In this document: positions 55,940 through 64,000 of the stretch, one piece after another
Layout of the letters: each line of letters begins with the position of its first letter
How positions within the stretch are numbered: position 1 is the first letter of the stretch
From: an uncultured Bdellovibrionales bacterium
Lineage (GTDB): Bacteria > Patescibacteriota > Minisyncoccia > Moranbacterales > UBA1568
Assembly (NCBI GenBank): GCA_964612055.1
Contig: CAZTBI010000001.1
Location: 5,688 to 69,687, forward strand
Length of the DNA stretch: 64,000 bases
Direction: 5' to 3'
The notes under the pieces: generated by a model
What the model saw: only the letters and a program-made list of their open reading frames with translations
Database searches by the model: none
What the model was told of the DNA's origin: nothing
Made by a program: the position numbers and the translations under genes

Positions 55940-58900
55940 ATGTTGTACTCAGCGTTCGTTTCCCGCGCTGTTCTTGTTGTAACGTTTTCCTTGTTCGCCT
56001 TCTTTGCTGCTCCTTTTTTGGTATCTGCGGCTACCGAAGTATCTGGTCCTATCGATACAAATACCACGTGGACCAAAGCTAATGGTCCGTATGTGGTCAC
56101 TGGTCTGGTGACGGTGGAGAAGGGCGTGACGCTTACTATTAAACCGGGCGCGGTGGTGAAAGTGCAACAAGCAGGCGGAGGCTTTTACAACGGCCTTACT
56201 GTTAAAGGGAAATTGAATGCTACGGGTACCGCTACGGCCCGTATTTCTTTTACTGCTTATACTGATGATTCCGTAGGGGGCGATACGAACGGTGACGGAT
56301 CAGGAACGTCCCCAGCGCCTGGTTATTGGACAGAAATCCGTGTAGCGAGCAAGGGCATAGCGAATTTGCGCTATGCCAATGTCCGTTATGCAGGGAGTAC
56401 ATCAGAAGATGGAAAATCAAACGGCCTGCGTAATGATGGAGGGACGCTATTGTTTGAAAATGGAACCTTGGAATATAACGAGAATTACAGTCTTTATCAC
56501 TCGGGCGGTACGAGTACTGTTGCATCAAGTAAGGTACGCAATCATAATATAGCTATCTCTGTGCAGAATCCCTTTGTTTCCGTGACGGGATCGGAGTTTT
56601 CTGGAAACCAACAGGTGTTCGATATCGGTCCTGGTGGAAATGCTTGGATTTCTGAATCAGGTAACACTATTGTAGATGGTCAAAGGGGATATATATCTAT
56701 CCCCGGAGCCAATATTACGAGTGATACGACCTGGCAAGGAAGTAGCTTTCCCTATGTCATTTCCGGTACTGTCGTTGTCAATCAAGGCGCTACTCTTACC
56801 ATGAACCCGGGCGTGATTATCAAGGGAAGAATCAACAACTCCCTTTTCATGATACAAGGTACCCTTCTGGCTCTCGGGACTGCCGAAGCCCCTATCATTT
56901 TTACTGCTGCCAATGATGATGCCGCTGGAGGGGATACGGATGGCGACGGCGGCATTCCGGAAGCGGGATACTGGAAAGGGATTCGCGTGGAACCCACCGG
57001 TACTGCTAGGTTCGATCATACAGCTGTTCGTTACGCGGGAGGGTATGAGTACGCATATACTGAATTCTCGAACCTTATCAATCAGGGCGGTACCCTTGAG
57101 TTTACCAACTCAGAGACTTCTTTTGCTAGTCAAAATGGTATCAAGCACAATGCTGGAACGACGACGGTGGCGGGGAGTAACCTGGCACATACTCCAGTAG
57201 GTGTTTATATCACTGCTCCTTTTGTTTCCGTGACTGACTCGGTATTTGATACTACTCCAACAGCCATAAGTGTTGCTGGCGGTGATTACTCCTCAGATAT
57301 TTTTACAGCATCGGGTAATACATATGTCGGGAACCAGGTTCCTATTATTGAGATATCTAGCATGAATGTTGTCGGGAATGTTACATGGGGAAGTAGCTTT
57401 CCCTATGTCATTTCCGGTACTGTCGTTGTCAATCAAGGCGCTACTCTTACCATGAACCCGGGCGTGATTATCAAGGGAAGAATCAACAACTCCCTTTTCA
57501 TGATACAAGGTACCCTTCTGGCTCTCGGGACTGCCGAAGCCCCTATCATTTTTACTGCTGCCAATGATGATGCCGCTGGAGGGGATACGGATGGCGACGG
57601 CGGCATTCCGGAAGCGGGATACTGGAAAGGGATTCGCGTGGAACCCACCGGTACTGCTAGGTTCGATCATACAGCTGTTCGTTACGCGGGAGGGTATGAG
57701 TACGCATATACTGAATTCTCGAACCTTATCAATCAGGGCGGTACCCTTGAGTTTACCAACTCAGAGACTTCTTTTGCTAGTCAAAATGGTATCAAGCACA
57801 ATGCTGGAACGACGACGGTGGCGGGGAGTAATTTAACCAATAACGGCGCTTACGGGATAGAGAGTTCTTTGTTCTCATCTAATATCGATGCGCGTAATAA
57901 CTGGTGGGGAAGTCCGTCCGGACCATATCATGCAACAAAAAATCCTGATGGTACTGGTAATGGAATATCGGGTCGTGTCAGTTTTCAGCCTTGGGCTATG
58001 GCACCATTTGATATCGGCTTGTCTTGCGTTGTTGGTACTAAGGGCTGTTACTCCAATGTTCTCTTTCTTCCAGGTATTATGGGGAGCAATCTGTATCAGT
58101 CAGATGAAGAGAAGTGTTGGTTACAGGATATGAACCATGTTGGAGATACTGACTATGATTGTGTAAGGATGAGTAGCGCTGACACTCCGAACACTTCCGG
58201 GCTGCGTACGAAAAATTTAGTATCTTACGATGGGTTGGCGGCTCCCTATCAAGCGATAGAAGATGCTATGAAGGGGTGGCAAACGGAATTGGGTATCGCG
58301 GCGATTACCACTCCGTATGATTGGCGTTATGATTTCGATCACACTGTACGAAGTGGTACCGTGGAGGGTAATGGATATATTTCCTATGAAGACACGGTCA
58401 GTAAGGGGTATATCGAAAAAGAACTTCGGGCGCTGGCAGCGAATTCAAAAACTGGAAAAGTAACAGTAGTAGCGCATTCCATGGGTGGACTAGTAGCCAA
58501 AGAGCTGTTTTCAAAGATCGGGAGTAGTGAGACGGCTCGTCTAGTTGATAAGTTTATTTTGATTGCTTCGCCGCAACTTGGAACCCCCAAGGCAGTAGCT
58601 GCGCTGCTTCATGGTACGGACATGGCGTTAGGGAGTATTTTTTGGACTCTTGTTACGGACGCTCAAGCGCGAGGACTTTCTCATGACATGCAAAGCGCTT
58701 ATAATCTACTTCCCTCACAGGAGTATCTGGATTCTCTGGAGCGTGATGGGAATGGCGTACCATATGATCCGGCAGTGAGATTCTCGAATGAAAACGGTTA
58801 TTTCGACCGTATGATCGGAGATTATGGTGACAATATTGTTGATCGGACGAAACTTGCTGGGTTTATGTCGGATGGCCAGTGGAGCGGTACATCATTCAAT

Positions 58901-59725
58901 GATACGAAAACTCCATGGCAAGCGATACGGACGATGTCTGATGATGCGGAAGTTACACATAGCGCACTTGATAGTTGGAAGCCGCCAAAAGGAGTGAAGT
59001 TTACAACTCTTGCTGGGTGGGGGATGGATACGATATCTACCTTACAGTACGCAGAACATGAGGAAGATAATGAAGAGGTAATTGAAATGAGTCCTCAGCA
59101 TGTCGTTGATGGTGACGAGACCGTGGTGACTGGAAGTGCCTTGTATTCGAGCAACAGGAGTGATGTAGAACGGTATTGGTTGGATCTTCCGAGTGCTGGT
59201 GGTCAGACTCACTCAAAAATTTTTGATGTCCCGTCACTTCGTACCTTCATCCACAACAAAATTACTGGCGAGCCTGTGAACTCTCTCGATTACATCTATA
59301 CTTCCCGGCCGTCAGATTCTCAGATCAAACGTCTTCATTTCGTTCTGCATTCGCCACTGACACTCGGGTTCCGTGATGATCAAGGTCGCTATACCGGTAA
59401 GACAATCGATGGTAAAGTAAAGCTAGAGATTCCCGGATCTCAATATGAACGCTATGGTGAAGTGCAATGGCTCTCTCTTCCGGTACAGACTATTGGTCAG
59501 CTTGAGCTTGTCGGGACGGCTGATGGAAAATTCACCCTTGAGGTAAGAGAGAAGCAGGGTAATACTCTCAAGAAACAGATCGATTTCGAACGAATTGCTT
59601 CGAGGAAGGATACGTTTGTCCGGATGCGTTTCGATGGAAAATCTGGGCCGGTCGTGACTGATGATCTGAAGCTGGAAATTGACCTGGATCATAATGGGGA
59701 ATTCCAATCTATTGGAGCAAATTAG
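55940..59725 (+). CDS. giant secreted beta-helix repeat protein with C-terminal alpha/beta-hydrolase (lipase-like) domain
   Basis: signal peptide; parallel beta-helix-like repeats (NxGxxxxF... pattern); AHSMGG nucleophile elbow. Confidence 0.6.
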   Translation: MLYSAFVSRAVLVVTFSLFAFFAAPFLVSAATEVSGPIDTNTTWTKANGPYVVTGLVTVEKGVTLTIKPGAVVKVQQAGGGFYNGLTVKGKLNATGTATARISFTAYTDDSVGGDTNGDGSGTSPAPGYWTEIRVASKGIANLRYANVRYAGSTSEDGKSNGLRNDGGTLLFENGTLEYNENYSLYHSGGTSTVASSKVRNHNIAISVQNPFVSVTGSEFSGNQQVFDIGPGGNAWISESGNTIVDGQRGYISIPGANITSDTTWQGSSFPYVISGTVVVNQGATLTMNPGVIIKGRINNSLFMIQGTLLALGTAEAPIIFTAANDDAAGGDTDGDGGIPEAGYWKGIRVEPTGTARFDHTAVRYAGGYEYAYTEFSNLINQGGTLEFTNSETSFASQNGIKHNAGTTTVAGSNLAHTPVGVYITAPFVSVTDSVFDTTPTAISVAGGDYSSDIFTASGNTYVGNQVPIIEISSMNVVGNVTWGSSFPYVISGTVVVNQGATLTMNPGVIIKGRINNSLFMIQGTLLALGTAEAPIIFTAANDDAAGGDTDGDGGIPEAGYWKGIRVEPTGTARFDHTAVRYAGGYEYAYTEFSNLINQGGTLEFTNSETSFASQNGIKHNAGTTTVAGSNLTNNGAYGIESSLFSSNIDARNNWWGSPSGPYHATKNPDGTGNGISGRVSFQPWAMAPFDIGLSCVVGTKGCYSNVLFLPGIMGSNLYQSDEEKCWLQDMNHVGDTDYDCVRMSSADTPNTSGLRTKNLVSYDGLAAPYQAIEDAMKGWQTELGIAAITTPYDWRYDFDHTVRSGTVEGNGYISYEDTVSKGYIEKELRALAANSKTGKVTVVAHSMGGLVAKELFSKIGSSETARLVDKFILIASPQLGTPKAVAALLHGTDMALGSIFWTLVTDAQARGLSHDMQSAYNLLPSQEYLDSLERDGNGVPYDPAVRFSNENGYFDRMIGDYGDNIVDRTKLAGFMSDGQWSGTSFNDTKTPWQAIRTMSDDAEVTHSALDSWKPPKGVKFTTLAGWGMDTISTLQYAEHEEDNEEVIEMSPQHVVDGDETVVTGSALYSSNRSDVERYWLDLPSAGGQTHSKIFDVPSLRTFIHNKITGEPVNSLDYIYTSRPSDSQIKRLHFVLHSPLTLGFRDDQGRYTGKTIDGKVKLEIPGSQYERYGEVQWLSLPVQTIGQLELVGTADGKFTLEVREKQGNTLKKQIDFERIASRKDTFVRMRFDGKSGPVVTDDLKLEIDLDHNGEFQSIGAN
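56741..57833 (+). repeat. 442-bp perfect direct repeat (56741-57182 and 57392-57833), period 651 bp, in frame inside the giant gene
   Basis: identical nucleotide strings including GGAAGTAGCTTTCCCTATGTCATTTCC...GTGGCGGGGAGTAA. Confidence 0.85.
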
Positions 59726-59760
59726 GCCTTCCTCTCCTCTTTTTGTGATATACTAGAGGT

Positions 59761-60558
59761 ATGCATATATTTCTTTTTTTCATTCTCGGACTGGCAGTCG
59801 GGAGTTTTCTCAATGTTTTAGTCTATCGTTTGAAGGATGGTGAGACATTGGGTGGGCGTTCCTACTGTCGACACTGCAAGCATCAGATTCGCTGGTATGA
59901 TAACGTGCCGCTTCTGAGTTTTCTTGTTCTTGGGGGAAAGTGTCGTGATTGCAAAGAGCGACTTTCTTGGCAGTATCCACTCCTTGAGGCAGCGACAGGT
60001 ATTGGTTTTGTATTGGTAGGAAACTTCTTCTTTGTGCTTGAGGATCAAATGACGTGGATTGAAACTGGGTGGCTTCTGGGTATTGTCGCCTTGTTTCTGG
60101 CTATTGCGGCTTATGACCTCATCAATATGGAAATCCCGCTGTCACTTCTGGTGGCGAGCGCTTTGTGGACAGGGGCATTTCTTCTTATGACGTTGTATAT
60201 GGAGCCATTGCCGAGAGAGTTGTGGTGGGAAGCTCGTCTGGCGCAAGGTGTGCTTGGTGGTGGTGTGATAGCGCTTTTTTTCTTTGCTCTGGTGTACGCT
60301 TCCAAGGAAACATGGATGGGATGGGGAGATGTCTGGCTCGGTGGGGTGGCAGGGATGATTGTAGGACTACCGGCAGCACTTCTCATGCTGACGCTTTCTT
60401 TTGGCTTCGGTGCACTTTTTGGTCTCGGTATGATTGCGTTTCATAAGAAGGGGATGAAAAGTCAGATTCCTTTTGCTCCGTATTTGGTACTTGGTACTCT
60501 TCTGACGCTTTTTCTCCCGAAGATGCTTCCTCAATTGATAGGACAGATTTTGCTGTAG
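59761..60558 (+). CDS. pilD: prepilin peptidase/N-methyltransferase (A24 family)
   Basis: CxxC...CxxC zinc-binding tetracysteine and A24 TM core. Confidence 0.85.
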   Translation: MHIFLFFILGLAVGSFLNVLVYRLKDGETLGGRSYCRHCKHQIRWYDNVPLLSFLVLGGKCRDCKERLSWQYPLLEAATGIGFVLVGNFFFVLEDQMTWIETGWLLGIVALFLAIAAYDLINMEIPLSLLVASALWTGAFLLMTLYMEPLPRELWWEARLAQGVLGGGVIALFFFALVYASKETWMGWGDVWLGGVAGMIVGLPAALLMLTLSFGFGALFGLGMIAFHKKGMKSQIPFAPYLVLGTLLTLFLPKMLPQLIGQILL

Positions 60559-60576
60559 TCATTTGCTCGTGACGAT

Positions 60577-61119
60577 TTGGAAAAACAAAAAGAAGCTATG
60601 CAAAAAACATCAAAAACTCTCAAAGCCTTTACCTTGATTGAAATACTGATCGTGATCGCTATTATCATGATCATGTCTGCGGTAATCTTGACGAACTATA
60701 GCAGTAGTCGTTCAGCAGAGCAGCTGGAAAGCGCGGCGAGAGAAGTGGAGGCAGCCGTGAGAGAGGCGCAGAGCTACGCTTTAACTGGCTACCAGGGAGT
60801 GGTCGCTACCGACCCCTGTCGCTTTGAGGTTCGATGGAGTGGGTCTACTTACTCAGTGACGTACTGGTATAAGAATGCGAGTGATGTTTGTGATCAGCGA
60901 CTGGTTTTGGGATCATACGCAGTTAGAAATGGCGTCACCTTTAATTCAGGTAGCAGTTTTTATTACACGCCGCCGTATGCCACAGCAGTTTTCTCCCCTC
61001 CGCCACCACCACCGACGGGTCTGCCCATTGTTTTGAGACAAGCGAGTACCTATCACACGGTCTGTGTGTATGCGAGGGGTGTCATTAATAATCGTACTGG
61101 GCAGTCAACTTGTCCGTAG
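60577..61119 (+). CDS. minor pilin / pseudopilin
   Basis: KAFTLIEILIVIAIIMI prepilin motif; true start may be ATG 60598. Confidence 0.6.
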   Translation: MEKQKEAMQKTSKTLKAFTLIEILIVIAIIMIMSAVILTNYSSSRSAEQLESAAREVEAAVREAQSYALTGYQGVVATDPCRFEVRWSGSTYSVTYWYKNASDVCDQRLVLGSYAVRNGVTFNSGSSFYYTPPYATAVFSPPPPPPTGLPIVLRQASTYHTVCVYARGVINNRTGQSTCP

Positions 61120-61125
61120 TCTTAT

Positions 61126-61695
61126 ATGAGTATCATGCGGTTAAAACAAAAGACGACATTGAAAGCGTTCTCGATTCCTGAGGTGCTGCTTTCTATGTTT
61201 GTACTGTCGATTGGTCTCGTTACTATCGTAGCGGTGATGGCGGGATCACTCCGTCATTCGTATGATACGAGTGAGCTGATTGTAGCGACCGGCTTGGCCC
61301 AGGAGGGCGTGGAACTGATCCGTAATGCCCGTGACAGTGGGTTTACTTTGGGATCTGGTAGAGGCTTCGATTATTTTTCTGATACTAATAAATATTGCCG
61401 AGCGCGGTATAATAGTTCTCAAACTGCTAATATCGACTGTTTTTCCAACCCGGACCCAGCGAATCGTTATTACCTCCAATACAGTGGCGGATTGTATGGT
61501 CACTTTAATGCCACGAAGGAGCGTTACTCCCGTTTCATTTATGTAGATTATGATGCGACCAACAAGACGGCCTTGGTGCGGAGTTTCGTCTATTGGGATA
61601 CCGCTGATATTCGACCAGCCGATGGTGATCCGGCGACTTGCAATGCTTCTTCGTCTTGTGTCTATACCGAGATATTTTTGACCGCTTGGAAATAG
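61126..61695 (+). CDS. minor pilin-like protein (PilV-like?)
   Basis: degenerate prepilin motif KAFSIPEVLLSMFVL with Glu+5. Confidence 0.45.
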   Translation: MSIMRLKQKTTLKAFSIPEVLLSMFVLSIGLVTIVAVMAGSLRHSYDTSELIVATGLAQEGVELIRNARDSGFTLGSGRGFDYFSDTNKYCRARYNSSQTANIDCFSNPDPANRYYLQYSGGLYGHFNATKERYSRFIYVDYDATNKTALVRSFVYWDTADIRPADGDPATCNASSSCVYTEIFLTAWK

Positions 61696-61699
61696 TTGT

Positions 61700-62290
61700 A
61701 TGAAAATTTTTTTGAGAAAATCATATAAGGGACTGACACTCATAGAAGTGCTGGTTTCGCTGTTTATTTTTTCGATCATGATGGCGGCGACAGCGCAAAT
61801 TTTTACCAAGGCTTTTTCTGGGTATCGGAATACTCGAGCCATACAGCGTGATGTGGAAAATGCTCAGTATGCTCTAAACCTTATTTCCAAAGAGCTTCGG
61901 ACGAGTACGGTCGTCGCGCCACTTACTGGTCCTTTTCCGAAACCTTTCGCTTCTGTAAAATTCTATGACCATTCACAAGGGCGCTGTTTTTACTATCGTA
62001 TTGATACTACTGCTAAAGCTCTTCAGGTGGCGTCAGCGCTTTCCACAGGACCTGCTGATTGTACGACGAAGAATGTTGGGACCCCTGCCACGATTAGTAC
62101 TGGTACGGTTTCTGGATCATTTCAGGTGACGCCATCGTGTAGTAGCGTGGTAACGTCTGGGTGTACTGGAGCGAAACGGGCAGGTAAGGTAACCATAAGT
62201 CTCGATATCTCAGAAGGAGCTGGTTCTACTCATAAAGCTCAAATTCAAACGACCTCCTCGCTGCGCGATTTCGGATACATTGGCTTTTAA
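61700..62290 (+). CDS. minor pilin-like protein (PilW-like?)
   Basis: KGLTLIEVLVSLFIF prepilin motif. Confidence 0.55.
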   Translation: MKIFLRKSYKGLTLIEVLVSLFIFSIMMAATAQIFTKAFSGYRNTRAIQRDVENAQYALNLISKELRTSTVVAPLTGPFPKPFASVKFYDHSQGRCFYYRIDTTAKALQVASALSTGPADCTTKNVGTPATISTGTVSGSFQVTPSCSSVVTSGCTGAKRAGKVTISLDISEGAGSTHKAQIQTTSSLRDFGYIGF

Positions 62291-62299
62291 CGTTATTGT

Positions 62300-64000
<1,701 letters not shown>

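Overview
The window is about 45% GC and gene-dense. It carries housekeeping genes (valS, tsaD, murI, recG, clpC-like, lexA, tag, msrA/msrB, comF, ligA at the 3' edge) and 10 tRNA genes. A complete type IV pilus locus is present: pilM/N/O, pilB, pilT, pilC, two tandem major pilins, pilD and four minor-pilin-like genes. A six-gene glycosylation cluster and a 1261-aa beta-helix/lipase surface protein are embedded in that locus. I infer a reduced-genome, CPR/Patescibacteria-like bacterium from gene content (pilin N-termini of the [19 protein letters not shown] type, small size, TTG/GTG starts, strong sigma70-like promoters). Three kinds of structure are not explained by the ordinary genes. (1) Several short high-GC islets with GC3-saturated ORFs, at 1-2150, 9400-9990 and 30850-31840, often next to tRNAs. 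(2) A family of about 45-bp repeats, each sitting beside a tRNA gene and beginning with an antisense copy of that tRNA's T-arm. (3) Partial tRNA 3'-end duplications that look like integration scars. The giant surface-protein gene also contains a 442-bp perfect internal direct repeat. Coordinates of CDS follow the supplied ORF track, adjusted to the nearest plausible ATG/RBS where the track start was a TTG/GTG extension. Around 4140 my reading of the printed sequence gives 'ttcggtgatt', which is one base out of frame with the lexA ORF in the track (3531..4184); I used the track coordinates and flag this below. All product calls rest on motif recognition from memory, not on searches.
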